This document shows positions 51,142 through 62,067 of a DNA stretch of 64,000 nt, in pieces. The notes below the pieces were generated by a model. That model made no database searches, was not told the DNA's origin, and was given only the letters and a program-made list of their open reading frames with translations. The position numbers and the translations under genes were made by a program. Location of the stretch: contig CAVUDP010000002.1 of the NCBI GenBank assembly GCA_963740315.1, forward strand, positions 800,001-864,000, written 5' to 3'. The number at the start of each line of letters is the position of its first letter. Position 1 is the stretch's first letter. The DNA comes from an uncultured cyanobacterium. Its GTDB lineage: Bacteria > Cyanobacteriota > Cyanobacteriia > Cyanobacteriales > Nostocaceae.

Positions 51142-52557
51142 TTAACAGTCGTAATAAAGAGAAAATTCGTAGGGATGAGGACGTAAACGCATGGGGTTAA
51201 CTTCAGTATCTAACTTGTAAGAAATCCAGTTTTCTACGAAGTCTTTAGTGAATACTCCACCTTCAATTAAGAAATCGTGGTCTTTTTCAAGAGCTTCTAA
51301 AGCTAAATCCAGAGAGCCTGGTGTAGAAGGAACTTTGGCTAGTTCTTCTGGAGAAAGTTCGTAGATGTTCTTATCTAAAGGTTCGCCTGGATCGATTTTA
51401 TTTTTGATACCATCTAAACCAGCGCAGAGCATTGCAGCAAAGGCTAGATAAGGGTTACAAGTTGCGTCGGGACAGCGGAATTCCAAACGCTTGGCTTTAG
51501 GGTTGTCGCCAGCCAGAGGAATACGCACCGAAGCGGAACGGTTTCCTTGGGAGTAAGCCAAGTTTACTGGTGCTTCGTAACCGGGTACCAAACGCTTGTA
51601 AGAGTTGGTGCTGGGGTTGGTGAACGCTAACAACGCTGGTGCGTGCTTGAGAATTCCACCAATGTAGTGAAGTCCCATTTCGCTCATTCCGGCATACTTA
51701 TCGCCAGCGAACAAAGGCTTGCCGTCTCTCCAAATCGATTGGTGGGTGTGCATACCGGAGCCGTTATCTTGGAATACTGGCTTGGGCATGAAGGTAACTG
51801 ATTTACCGTATTTCTTAGCTACGTTCTTAATTACGTACTTGTAAGTCATCAACCAATCGGCTGCTTCGATGAGTTTACCAAAACGGAAACCCAATTCGCA
51901 CTGACCGCCAGTAGCTACTTCGTGGTGATGCTTTTCAATGGGAACGCCGCATTTTGCCATTTCCAACAGCATTTCCGTTCGCATATCTTGCGAGGTGTCG
52001 GTTGGAGCTACAGGGAAATAACCCGATTTATAGTTTGGCTTGTAACCGAGGTTGGGACCTTCATCTTTACCAGAATTCCAACGCCCTTCTACGGAATCTA
52101 CGTAGTAATAGCCTGAGTTCTGGGTTTGGTCAAAGCGAACATCGTCAAAGATGAAAAATTCCGCTTCTGGACCAAAATATGCCGTATCACCGGCACCGGA
52201 TGCTACTAAATAATCAATAGCTTTCTGAGCAATTACCCTCGGACAGCGATCGTACCATTCACCCGTGCGGGGTTCTTTAATACTACATATAATACTGAGG
52301 GTGGGTTCTTGCATGAAAGGGTCGATCCAAGCAGTATTTGGATCTAGCACCATTGACATATCTGACTCATTAATGGCTTTCCAACCCCGAATACTCGAAC
52401 CGTCAAATGGTACGCCATCGGTGAAAGAACTTTCATCGATTTCGCCTTGGAACATTGTTAAATGCTGCCAAATCCCTGGCATATCGATGAATTTCAGATC
52501 GATCATCTGAATATTTTGGTCTTGAATCATTTTCAAGACTTCTTGTGGGGTTGTCAT
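51142..52557 (-). CDS. glnA: Glutamine synthetase type I
   Basis: FDGSSI.GW, HHHEVA..GQ.E, FMPKP...[16 protein letters not shown]. Confidence 0.98.
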   Translation of the reverse strand: MTTPQEVLKMIQDQNIQMIDLKFIDMPGIWQHLTMFQGEIDESSFTDGVPFDGSSIRGWKAINESDMSMVLDPNTAWIDPFMQEPTLSIICSIKEPRTGEWYDRCPRVIAQKAIDYLVASGAGDTAYFGPEAEFFIFDDVRFDQTQNSGYYYVDSVEGRWNSGKDEGPNLGYKPNYKSGYFPVAPTDTSQDMRTEMLLEMAKCGVPIEKHHHEVATGGQCELGFRFGKLIEAADWLMTYKYVIKNVAKKYGKSVTFMPKPVFQDNGSGMHTHQSIWRDGKPLFAGDKYAGMSEMGLHYIGGILKHAPALLAFTNPSTNSYKRLVPGYEAPVNLAYSQGNRSASVRIPLAGDNPKAKRLEFRCPDATCNPYLAFAAMLCAGLDGIKNKIDPGEPLDKNIYELSPEELAKVPSTPGSLDLALEALEKDHDFLIEGGVFTKDFVENWISYKLDTEVNPMRLRPHPYEFSLYYDC

Positions 52558-52657
52558 GGTTACTCCTTATCTGCCAATACGCAATGGATTAAAACGGAAA
52601 CATTCAAAAAACTGTTGACCCTTAGAAGCTGGAACCACTTGTTGACACACCTGGAAT

Positions 52658-52699
52658 ATCCTAAATAGAGGGAAGACCAAAAAGAGTATCATTTGTAAC
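52658..52699 (-). promoter_or_regulatory. NtcA-activated glnA promoter
   Basis: Minus strand GTTACAAATGATAC (one mismatch to GTA-N8-TAC), 22 nt, TAGGAT. Confidence 0.78.
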
Positions 52700-52918
52700 A
52701 GAAAATCTAATCTAAAGGTAATGTTAACCTTTTGGTAAATCATCCATACAAAAATAAAAGTTCATCTTATATGGGTCAACTTTGGCATAAAATCCTTAAG
52801 TAGTATGGATTACTTTTGTGCCAAGTTTTGGCTAAGTTACCACAAAATAGGTTTTTTGATGGACTATTTAGCCAAATTAATATCAAATCATGATTAGGAA
52901 TACTGGGGGATAATAAAA

Positions 52919-53428
52919 ATGCAAGATGCCGTAACAAATTTAATTAAGAATTATGACGTTAGCGGTCGCTATTTCGATAGAAATGCTGTAGATTCGCTTA
53001 AATCTTATTTTGAAACTGGCACGATAAGAGTACAAGCAGCAGCGGCTATCAACTCTAATGCAGCATTTATAGTCAAGGAATCTGCCGTTAAGTTATTTGA
53101 AGACCAGCCAGAATTGATTCGTCCCGGCGGAAACGCTTATACAACCCGTCGTTATGCGGCTTGTTTGCGGGACATGGATTACTATTTGCGCTACGCCACT
53201 TATGCCTTAGTTGCTGGCAGCATGGACGTGCTAGACGAGCGAGTATTGCAAGGTTTGCGCGAAACTTACAATTCTTTAGGAGTACCGATCGCTCCTACAG
53301 TTGCCGGGATTCAAATCATGAAGGAAATGGTTAAAGAGCAAGTTGCATCTTCAGGTATTGACGATACCAGCTTTGTAGACGAACCCTTTGACTATATGAC
53401 CAGAGAGTTGAGCGAAACGGATATTTAA
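52919..53428 (+). CDS. apcF: Allophycocyanin beta-18 subunit
   Basis: MQDAVT.LI.NYD..GRYFD, RPGGNAYTTRRYAACLRDMDYYLRYA; 169 aa; divergent from glnA. Confidence 0.95.
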   Translation: MQDAVTNLIKNYDVSGRYFDRNAVDSLKSYFETGTIRVQAAAAINSNAAFIVKESAVKLFEDQPELIRPGGNAYTTRRYAACLRDMDYYLRYATYALVAGSMDVLDERVLQGLRETYNSLGVPIAPTVAGIQIMKEMVKEQVASSGIDDTSFVDEPFDYMTRELSETDI

Positions 53429-53590
53429 GATAGGGAGTAGGGAGTAGGGAGTAGGGAGTAGGGAGGAGTTAGTAAGGTTAAAGGTCTGCATGTTAAAGGT
53501 CTGCATGTTAAAATTCCCCTTGTCCCCTTGTCTCCCCATCTCCCCATCTCCCCATCCCCCCATCTCCCCATCCCCCCATCCCCATCTCCC

Positions 53591-54451
53591 ATGCCCAAAC
53601 AAAGACTTGATGTTTTATTAGTAGAACTCGGTTTATCTTCGTCTCGTCAGCAAGCGCAACGGTTAATTCAAGCTGGTGAGGTGTTGGTTGATAATCAATT
53701 GGTGGATAAAGCGGGAACTTCGGTTGATGTTGCAGCCGTAATTAGGGTTAAGCAGAAGTCGCGTTTTGTTTCTCGTGGTGGAGAAAAGTTAGTTAAAGCT
53801 TTGGATGATTTTAATATTCCTGTAGAAGGGCGTGTTTGTTTGGATGGCGGAATTTCTACGGGTGGCTTTACCGATTGTTTGTTACAAGCGGGAGCTAAAT
53901 TAGTTTACGGTATTGATGTCGGTTACGGACAAGTTGATTGGCGTTTGCGTTCGGATGCACGGGTGGTTTTACGCGAACGTACTAATTTACGGCATTTGAC
54001 TCCGGAAGATTTGTATGGAGATGGGGAGAGAGGGGACAAGGAGATGGGGGGAGGGGGAGATGGGGAGAAAGAATTTCCTGATTTGGCTGTGGTAGATGTT
54101 TCGTTTATTTCTTTAACTAAAGTTTTGCCTGCGCTGTGGCAACTTCTGCAATCTCCTCGCGAAGCTTTGTTATTAGTAAAACCACAGTTTGAAGTTGGTA
54201 AAAACCGAGTTGGTAAAAAAGGGGTTGTGCGTAACCCAGACGATCAAGCTGATGCGATTTTTCAAGTTTTGCAAGCCGCTACAGAGTTAGGATGGTTTTA
54301 TAAAGGTTTAACTTGGTCGCCTATTACTGGTCCGGCTGGAAATATCGAGTATCTTTTATGGTTGGAATGTGATAGTGAAACCACGCAGCTTGATTTAGCA
54401 GCTATTAAGCAAATAACTTCTGATGCTATTGCTAGTTTGAAGCAAAATTAA
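53591..54451 (+). CDS. tlyA: TlyA family rRNA methyltransferase
   Basis: KQRLD S4 domain, FVSRGG.KL, LD.G.STGGFTD.LLQ, DVSFISL, LVKPQFE, GNIEYL. The ORF-track extension upstream is STRR. Confidence 0.93.
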   Translation: MPKQRLDVLLVELGLSSSRQQAQRLIQAGEVLVDNQLVDKAGTSVDVAAVIRVKQKSRFVSRGGEKLVKALDDFNIPVEGRVCLDGGISTGGFTDCLLQAGAKLVYGIDVGYGQVDWRLRSDARVVLRERTNLRHLTPEDLYGDGERGDKEMGGGGDGEKEFPDLAVVDVSFISLTKVLPALWQLLQSPREALLLVKPQFEVGKNRVGKKGVVRNPDDQADAIFQVLQAATELGWFYKGLTWSPITGPAGNIEYLLWLECDSETTQLDLAAIKQITSDAIASLKQN

Positions 54452-54606
54452 ATTAGATATTTTATATCCGACTATTTGACATTAGTAATGTTTGTAGATG
54501 GCGATCGCTAAAATTTTACTAAAACTCTCCTTTACTCCTAACTCCTCACTCCTAACTCCTAACTCCTAACTCCCTTAAGGGCACACCACAAGATAAACTA
54601 ATATTT

Positions 54607-55500
54607 ATGCTTCCTAAGTTTCCAAAATTTCTTCCTACTGGGGTTGAGCAATTAACGGAACCTGCTTCAATTGCTCTTGCTAAAATTATCCAGCAAACAC
54701 CTCTGATAACTCCCTTAAGCGAACAGCCAATTAATACAACTTACGTGCATCAAGGTAGTGGTGGTACGCCGTTTCTACTCGTACATGGCTTCGATAGTTC
54801 GGTGTTGGAATACCGTCGTTTGTTACCTTTATTAGCGGCACAAAATGAAACTTGGGCAGTTGATTTATTAGGTTTTGGCTTTAGCGATCGCCCCTACGGG
54901 ATAAAGTTTAATCCAAATAATATTAAAACCCATCTTTATTGTTTTTGGAAAAGCTTGATTAATCAACCTGTAATTTTAGTAGGTGCTTCGATGGGAGGTG
55001 CTGCGGCTATCGATTTTGCTTTATCTTATCCAGAAATCGTAGCAAAACTGGTATTAATTGATAGCGCGGGTTTAACGGGTGGTTCACCAGCAAGTAAATT
55101 AATGTTTCCACCGTTGGATTATTTAGCCACAGAATTTTTGAAAAATCGTAAAATACGTCAAAGCATCAGTCGCACGGCTTATAAAAATAAACAATTTGCA
55201 ACTGAAGATGCATTATTTTGTGGTGCGTTGCATTTAGAAATTCCGAACTGGAATAAAGCTTTAATTGCTTTTACAAAAAGCGGTGGTTATCAACCTTTAA
55301 AAGCGAATCAACTTGAAGAGATTAAGCAAGAAACGCTGATATTGTGGGGAGATGAAGATAAAATATTAGGTACTAAGGATGCCCAGAAATTTGAACGGGC
55401 AATTCCTAATAGTACACTAACTTGGATAAAAAATAGCGGACACGTTCCTCATTTAGAACAGCCAGAAGTTACCGCAAAAGAAATTTTAGATTTTTGTTAG
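54607..55500 (+). CDS. Alpha/beta fold hydrolase
   Basis: HGFDSS, DLLGFG, GASMGG, GHVPHLEQP. Confidence 0.92.
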   Translation: MLPKFPKFLPTGVEQLTEPASIALAKIIQQTPLITPLSEQPINTTYVHQGSGGTPFLLVHGFDSSVLEYRRLLPLLAAQNETWAVDLLGFGFSDRPYGIKFNPNNIKTHLYCFWKSLINQPVILVGASMGGAAAIDFALSYPEIVAKLVLIDSAGLTGGSPASKLMFPPLDYLATEFLKNRKIRQSISRTAYKNKQFATEDALFCGALHLEIPNWNKALIAFTKSGGYQPLKANQLEEIKQETLILWGDEDKILGTKDAQKFERAIPNSTLTWIKNSGHVPHLEQPEVTAKEILDFC

Positions 55501-55589
55501 TTGTTAGTTGTTAGTTGTTAATTGTTCACTCCTAACTCCTAACTCCGGTACAGACGTAGCATTGCTACGTCTCTACAACTCCTAACTGA

Positions 55590-56450
55590 TTAATCTAACA
55601 ACCACATCGGAGCAGTACTATCAGAATCTTGGGATTGATTATCCGGCAAGGGACCAGTTGGACGAGAGTAATGTTTTCTGTAAGTTAATGCGGATGAATA
55701 ATCTTTCTTTGGTTGAGTTATCGCAGATTGATTGGGAACTCGTTGTTTAGCAGCAGGTTGTCTGGAAACTGGTAGTTTTGCAGGAGGCTCCATCTGGGCA
55801 ATTTTCTGGGCTGTATTTACTTCTGCTGTAAGTTTGGTATTTGCTTCTGCTAACTGTAAAGCATCTTTTTTCGCTGCATAAAGTTCTGTGTTTAACTTCT
55901 CCGCTAATTCATCTTTCTCTTTTAAAGTTAACTGTAATTCTCCAACTAGCTTCTCTAAGCTTTTTTCATTTTTACGTACTACTGCTAATTCCTGTTTAAG
56001 TTCTTCTACAGTGTCTTGTAAATTTTCTAACTTTTCTATATGTTCATCTTTCTCTTTTAAAGTTAACTGTAACTCTCCAACTAGCTTCTCTAAGCTTTTT
56101 TCGTTTTTACGTGCTGCTGCCAATTCTTGTTTAAATTCTTCTACGGTATCTTGTAAATTTCCTAGTTTTTTCGCTTCATCAACTTCTTTCTGCAACTGCT
56201 TAAACAGCTTTTCTTGTTCGGCAATCGTAGATTGAAATCCCGACGCTTGTTTCTGTAAAGTTTCTTCGTTTTTTCGTGTTTTTTCTAAAGTTTCTTGCAA
56301 TTCTTTGACAGTTGCGTCTAAATCAACAGGAGCAGTTTTAGTTTGTTTATTCATATCTTTTACCTCAGATGCAGGGACATCAATAGTTGATTCGTTACCT
56401 GTTTTTTTTACTTCTTCTTTTAATAAATCAGAAAGATTTCTTCTAGCCAT
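55590..56450 (-). CDS. mcdB: Carboxysome positioning protein McdB-like
   Basis: Charged [10 protein letters not shown] start, long coiled coil, Trp within the last residues (MWLLD), TAATG overlap with the ParA gene. Confidence 0.72.
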   Translation of the reverse strand: MARRNLSDLLKEEVKKTGNESTIDVPASEVKDMNKQTKTAPVDLDATVKELQETLEKTRKNEETLQKQASGFQSTIAEQEKLFKQLQKEVDEAKKLGNLQDTVEEFKQELAAARKNEKSLEKLVGELQLTLKEKDEHIEKLENLQDTVEELKQELAVVRKNEKSLEKLVGELQLTLKEKDELAEKLNTELYAAKKDALQLAEANTKLTAEVNTAQKIAQMEPPAKLPVSRQPAAKQRVPNQSAITQPKKDYSSALTYRKHYSRPTGPLPDNQSQDSDSTAPMWLLD

Positions 56451-57082
56451 TATTTCCTCCAATCACGCTGTAATTCGTCAGCCACGCGGCGATAGTCAGA
56501 CTCCGCCTCCCGTGCGTTTTTCCCCCGCCATTGAGTAATCGCCACCCCATCAAGCGCAGCTCTTTCATGGGCTTTGTAAATACGGATAAACGCATTACAA
56601 GCGGGAATTCCCAAACTCAAAAGAGTATTTTGAGCTTCGATCGCTTCTTTCAAACTTCGCGTATCCACTTTTGTTAACAGCACTCGATGGGGAGTACCCG
56701 CAGGAGTAACTGCTTCTTTGACTGTATCAATCAAAGCAGCTAAATCCATTGGCGCTGGGGGTGTTGGCAAAACCAAATAATCGGCATTTTTGACTACTGC
56801 TGCTAATGCTTGAGAATGCAGCGCTGGAGGCGTATCGACTACTACTAAATCGTAACCTTTTATAGAGCGTAAACTACCTAATAATTTCGGATTTGTCTCT
56901 TGAGATAGATCGAAGCCCATCCCCGAATCACTCCTTGAGAACCACCAACTAGCCGAACCTTGGACATCCGCATCTACCAAAAGTACCTTTTTTTTATCCG
57001 CGAAAGATGCTGCAAGGTTTATCGAGGTAGTCGTTTTACCGACTCCTCCTTTGCCATTTAGGATAGCTATAACTTTTGGCAT
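56450..57082 (-). CDS. mcdA: ParA-family ATPase, McdA-like
   Basis: KGGVGKTT deviant Walker A, SASWW double Trp, DTPP; short ParA coupled to a coiled-coil partner. Confidence 0.78.
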   Translation of the reverse strand: MPKVIAILNGKGGVGKTTTSINLAASFADKKKVLLVDADVQGSASWWFSRSDSGMGFDLSQETNPKLLGSLRSIKGYDLVVVDTPPALHSQALAAVVKNADYLVLPTPPAPMDLAALIDTVKEAVTPAGTPHRVLLTKVDTRSLKEAIEAQNTLLSLGIPACNAFIRIYKAHERAALDGVAITQWRGKNAREAESDYRRVADELQRDWRK

Positions 57083-57241
57083 CTATCCTTTCCCCCCAAC
57101 GTTCATATCAGAAAATATACCGCGTTTTGGGGAAAGTAAGTTAAGAGTTATGAGTTAAAAATAGGTTCGTAGTCAGCGATTTATCGCTTGAAGGACTCGC
57201 ATTCCTTACTACGAACCTTTCAAAAATTATCAAAACAAGTA

Positions 57242-58162
57242 CTAATTTCTATTCAAAGCTTGCTCGATGGTCGAAATTTTCACGGCGAAGTTGGTAATAT
57301 CTCTTCCGGTAACTGTATTTTTTTGTTCGGCATTATTAAGAGCGATGATATAAGGATTGCCACCGATTACACCGATAATTGCTCCACCCGAAGATCCACC
57401 TGCTGTAGCACAATCATGCAATAAGGAACCATTCTCTTCTTGGGTAATGCTGCATCCTGCTTCGTAACTTGCAGTCCATCCGGGACCAGCGGTGAAGTAT
57501 TTTTTATACTTTTCGGTGGGGAAATCACCTGAATAACCGACAAAGAAGAAAGCTTTTTTATTGCGAGTTAGTACCTCAGTTGGTAACGATTTCCATCCCA
57601 AATACCCGTATTTACGACCGAGAGGCTGGTTAATTTTCATAATCGCCCAGTCATTTGAAAGACTGTTAGAGGATGTTTTAAAATCAGTACCGTAAATTAC
57701 TTGCTCAACTTGCGCTATATCTTGGTAATTCTTATCAATGACGTTGGGCATAAATTCGATTTTAGTACTCAATTTGCCACTGTCAGGATCGATAACGCAG
57801 TGAGCATTAGTTAAAACTAAATTAGGAGCAATTAAACTTCCCGTGCAATGATAACTGCTGCCATCATTTACAGTACCTTGAACTCGACCGATCGCAGACC
57901 AAGGATATTTTCGGCTCAACATGGGAATGCGGTTGTCTATACCAGTGGGAATTCCCCTAGTAGGACCTTCGTTAGGTTTTGCAGAACGTCCTAAACCGGG
58001 GGGTATGAAAGGTTTGCGATCGCTTTCCACGTTTGCTTTATCGGCACTGATAAATAATGGTGTAATACTTTGCTGTGTTTGTGCTTGTACTGATGCCCAA
58101 TAGCTAATAGTTGTAATACTAAGAAGCCCGGTAATTAAGAATCGGAAAAACTTTTTATTCAT
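57242..58162 (-). CDS. Secreted trypsin-like (V8-type) serine protease
   Basis: Signal peptide; PWSAIGR, CTGSLI...VLTNAHC, DWA, CAT.GGSSG. Confidence 0.92.
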   Translation of the reverse strand: MNKKFFRFLITGLLSITTISYWASVQAQTQQSITPLFISADKANVESDRKPFIPPGLGRSAKPNEGPTRGIPTGIDNRIPMLSRKYPWSAIGRVQGTVNDGSSYHCTGSLIAPNLVLTNAHCVIDPDSGKLSTKIEFMPNVIDKNYQDIAQVEQVIYGTDFKTSSNSLSNDWAIMKINQPLGRKYGYLGWKSLPTEVLTRNKKAFFFVGYSGDFPTEKYKKYFTAGPGWTASYEAGCSITQEENGSLLHDCATAGGSSGGAIIGVIGGNPYIIALNNAEQKNTVTGRDITNFAVKISTIEQALNRN

Positions 58163-58308
58163 GGTAAGAAATACTCCTTAATTAAATATTTGGATTGATG
58201 ATGAAAACACTGTTAATCAGAATTTGAAGTTGGGATTTCCCATTGGTGGAGACGTAGCAGTGCTACGTCTCTACATACATTTCGCGTTTGAGACTAAGTT
58301 TTTAAGTG

Positions 58309-61300
58309 CTAATTATTCCATTCACCTTGGGAGGTAAAAGCAGCCCAGTAGTAGGGATTTTGCCATTCTTTTTGCTGCCACATTTGCAGTTGAGCCTGAC
58401 GCAAAGCTGTTGTAGGAGATGCTTTTTTCTCTAATATCGCTTTATACATCTGGGGGATTAATTTAGATGTTGCTTTATCGTCAACTTGCCATAGAGAAAT
58501 TACGGCATTTTCTGCACCCGCATACATCAACCCTCTCGTCAAACCAATTAATCCTTCACCGGGAACACCTTTACCCAAACCAGTTTCGCAAGCACTGAGA
58601 ACAACTAAATCTGCACCCCAATCTAAGTTAAAAATATCACCCAGCAGCAGATTCACTCTATCTAATGGTTTGTTTTGTTTATCTACTGCCGAGAGTAAAA
58701 TTCCCGATAATTCGGGATTATCTGGATTTGCGAAACCGTGGGTTGCTAAATGTATGAATCGATATTGTTTGAGTTGTTTGTCAGTTACCCAGTTGTAATT
58801 GGCATCGAAATCAAAAGCTTGTAAGGTTTCTGAAGCTGGTACTAGTTTTAAAACGTTCTCTAAAATTTCATCGGCTTCTTTGCGAGTACCTGGTAGTCTT
58901 TCCCATCCAGCACGGTTTAGACTTCTTGCGGCTTGTTTTAGTAATGAGCTAGTTAAATCAATTTCTGGAGCTAGAGCAGGAGGTTTACCAGTGACTCGCT
59001 CATCTTCAGAAGAAAATACTGCATCTGCAAGCACGGCTAAAGTTTTGGGAGCAGTTTGACGCTGTTTGAGTTCATTTCGGTGAATGGCGATCGCGCTTAC
59101 AGAAGGTAGATTTACGATTTCGCGATCGACTAGCAGCGGTTGATAGTTGGTTTGATTTGGTTCCGATAATGCAGCAAAAGGAATTTCGAGTAAAGCACCG
59201 TCAGCGACAATTACCAAACGCTTTTTACCCAATTTTCCAGAAACCGGAGCAAAAATCAGCTTACTGAGTTCGGTGGCAGCTTGGGTAACTTCTTGAAAAT
59301 CTTTGGCTTTTTGTGCTGCGGGTAAATCTTGGCAATTTATCAGTGACTTTTCACATTTTTTCAATAATTCCTTGAATTTCGCTGTTGCTGTTTCGATTTC
59401 TTCGCGTTTTGGTAACTCGTAGCTGTTAAGGGAATCGGGAGTTACCGTCCATAAATAACTGCGTTCTTTACCCAAGGAATATTGTAAAAGTACGGTGTCT
59501 TTATCTAATTGTTGTTGGATTTGGTTTAATTTTAGAGGTTCGGGATATTTGAGCGCGGCGTATTTGGGATTGCTTTGTTTAATTTGGACTTGCAGTTGCT
59601 TGTATTCGTTGAGGTGGTTTTCGATTTCTTTTTCTAAGTTTTGTGCGGCGTTTTTAGAAATGAGGTCATTACTTTTATTTTTATCATTAACTATGCCCAA
59701 GCGTAATTTCTCTTTAGCATTAATCAATTGTTGTAAGCGGCTTTCTTCAGCTAAAAGTTGGGGGTTTGCACCTTTACGGATATCGGCGTTTGCTTCAGTT
59801 AATAGTTCCAAAAGTCCCCTGGCGCGAGATTTTTCGCTGGCATTGAGTGCTAATGCATCGTATCCTTCGGATGGATTTTGCTTATGCAATTGCATTAATA
59901 TGTCGATGTATAGTTTGTAGATATTTTGTACTGTGGCGAAGTAGGATGTACGCAAATCTTCGCTAACAACATTGGTGCGTAACTCTTCAATAATATTGAT
60001 TGCGGCTTGACTATTAGTGAGTGCTGTTTTGAGATTGCCGTTGTCTCTGTATACTTTGGCGATATGGGAAAGGTTTGTTGCTTGAGTAGCTTTATCCCCA
60101 GCTTCTTGCAACAAAGGTAATGCTTGGTTGTAGAATTTAAGCGCTTGTTGTTTGTCTTCTAATGAGTAATAGATAGTACCAATATTGAGTAGAGTTACTG
60201 CTTCTCCATTTTTACCCTCAACTTCCTGATATAGAATTAATGCTTGGTTAAAGAATTTAAGTGCTTGCTGCTTGTCTCCTAAATCCGAGTAGCTTTGTCC
60301 AATATTAAGTAAATTTGTTGCTTCCCCACTTTTATCATCAACTGAGCGACTTAGAGGTAGTGCTTGATTGTAGAATTTGAGTGCTTGCTGCTTGTCTCCT
60401 AAATCCGAGTAGCTTTTTCCAATATTATTGAGGGTTCTTGCTTCCCCACTTTTATTCTTAACTTCCTGATATAGAAGTAACGCTTGGTTGTAGAATTTGA
60501 ATGCTTGTTGGTTGTCTCCTAAATCCGAGTAGACACCACCAATATTAAGTAGATTTGTTGCTTCCCCATTTTTTTCCTTAACTTTCCGATGTAGAAGTAA
60601 TGCTTGGTTGTGGAATTTGAGTGCTTGCTGGTTGTTTCCTAAATAGTTGTAGACAGCACCAATATTGTTGAGGGTTCTTGCTTCCCCACTTTTATCCTCA
60701 ACTTCCTGAGACAAAAGTAATGCTTGGTTAAAGAATTTAAGTGCTTGCTGCTTGTCTCCTAAATCCGAGTAGACACTACCAATATTATTGAGAGTTGTTG
60801 CTTCTCCACTTTTATCTCCAACTTTCCGCATTAGAGGTAACGCTTGGTTATAGAATTTGAGTGCTTGCTGGTTGTCTCCTAAATAGTTGTAGATAGCACC
60901 AATATTACTTAGAGTTGCTGCTTCCCCACTTTTATTTCCAACTTTTCGCCTTAGAGGTAATGCTTGGTTGTAAAATTTGAGTGCTTGCTGTTTTTTTCCT
61001 AAATCCGAGTAGACAGAACCAATATTATTGAGGGTTGTTGCTTCCCCATCGTTGTTGTTAAGTTCCCGATATAGAAGTAATGCTTGGTTGAACAATTTAA
61101 ATGCTTGTTGCTTATCTCCTAAATCTGAGTGGAGTTTACCAATATTATTGAGAGTTGTTGCTTGCCCATCTTTATCCCCAATTTCTTGAAATAAAGCTAA
61201 TGCTTGGTTGTAGAATTTGAATGCTTGTTGCTTGTCTCCTAAATCGTTGTAGGTAGTACCAATATTATTGAGAGTTGCTGCTTGCCCCTTTTTATCCCTA

Positions 61301-62067
61301 ATTTCTTGGAATAAAGGTAGTGCTTGGTTGTAGAATTTGAGTGCTTGTTGCTTATCTCCTAAATCGTTGTAGGTATTACCAATATTATTGAGAGTTGTTG
61401 CTTCCCCACTTTTATCCCCAACTTTCCGATATAGAATTAATGATTGGTTGTAGAATTTGAGTGCTTGCTGCTTATCTCCTAAATCCGAGTAGACACCACC
61501 AATATTATTGAGGGTTATTGCTTCCCCACGTTTATTGTTAAGTTCCCGATATAGAAGTAATGCTTGGTTGTAGGAATTGAGTGCTTGCTGCTTGTCTCCT
61601 AAATCCGAGTAGGCATTACCAATATTATTGAGAGTTACTGCTTGCCTATCTTTATCCCTAAGTTCTTGCGATAAAAGTAATGCTTGGTTGTAGAATTTGA
61701 GTGCTTGTTGCTTATCTCCTAAATCCGAGTAGGCATTTCCAATACCCATCGTAATAGTAGCTTGCGGTTTTTTATCATCTAATTTCCGCCACAATGGGAG
61801 CGCTTCTTCCCATTTACTAATAGCTTGCTTTAATGATTCAGGAGTTCCCTGCTCAAATAATTCGATTCCTTCAATTGTCAACTTTTGTGCTTTTGCACGA
61901 ATCGCTTGATTGGGAGTTGCTTCTTGTTGTGCTAGGATTAAATCCGCGTTCGGCATCGCACTTACCGATTCACCCACCAAAATAATACCGAGCAATGCTG
62001 TTAAACTATAGTGCGCTAAGTTGCGTAGGATAAACCGCGAATAATTCTTTGTTCTAAGTTTGCTCAT
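58309..62067 (-). CDS. TPR repeat protein with C-terminal CHAT (caspase-like) domain
   Basis: About 15 repeats of 40 aa (120-bp DNA period); HLATHG, LVVLSACETG, SLWQV.D, PYYWAAF. Confidence 0.95.
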   Translation of the reverse strand: MSKLRTKNYSRFILRNLAHYSLTALLGIILVGESVSAMPNADLILAQQEATPNQAIRAKAQKLTIEGIELFEQGTPESLKQAISKWEEALPLWRKLDDKKPQATITMGIGNAYSDLGDKQQALKFYNQALLLSQELRDKDRQAVTLNNIGNAYSDLGDKQQALNSYNQALLLYRELNNKRGEAITLNNIGGVYSDLGDKQQALKFYNQSLILYRKVGDKSGEATTLNNIGNTYNDLGDKQQALKFYNQALPLFQEIRDKKGQAATLNNIGTTYNDLGDKQQAFKFYNQALALFQEIGDKDGQATTLNNIGKLHSDLGDKQQAFKLFNQALLLYRELNNNDGEATTLNNIGSVYSDLGKKQQALKFYNQALPLRRKVGNKSGEAATLSNIGAIYNYLGDNQQALKFYNQALPLMRKVGDKSGEATTLNNIGSVYSDLGDKQQALKFFNQALLLSQEVEDKSGEARTLNNIGAVYNYLGNNQQALKFHNQALLLHRKVKEKNGEATNLLNIGGVYSDLGDNQQAFKFYNQALLLYQEVKNKSGEARTLNNIGKSYSDLGDKQQALKFYNQALPLSRSVDDKSGEATNLLNIGQSYSDLGDKQQALKFFNQALILYQEVEGKNGEAVTLLNIGTIYYSLEDKQQALKFYNQALPLLQEAGDKATQATNLSHIAKVYRDNGNLKTALTNSQAAINIIEELRTNVVSEDLRTSYFATVQNIYKLYIDILMQLHKQNPSEGYDALALNASEKSRARGLLELLTEANADIRKGANPQLLAEESRLQQLINAKEKLRLGIVNDKNKSNDLISKNAAQNLEKEIENHLNEYKQLQVQIKQSNPKYAALKYPEPLKLNQIQQQLDKDTVLLQYSLGKERSYLWTVTPDSLNSYELPKREEIETATAKFKELLKKCEKSLINCQDLPAAQKAKDFQEVTQAATELSKLIFAPVSGKLGKKRLVIVADGALLEIPFAALSEPNQTNYQPLLVDREIVNLPSVSAIAIHRNELKQRQTAPKTLAVLADAVFSSEDERVTGKPPALAPEIDLTSSLLKQAARSLNRAGWERLPGTRKEADEILENVLKLVPASETLQAFDFDANYNWVTDKQLKQYRFIHLATHGFANPDNPELSGILLSAVDKQNKPLDRVNLLLGDIFNLDWGADLVVLSACETGLGKGVPGEGLIGLTRGLMYAGAENAVISLWQVDDKATSKLIPQMYKAILEKKASPTTALRQAQLQMWQQKEWQNPYYWAAFTSQGEWNN

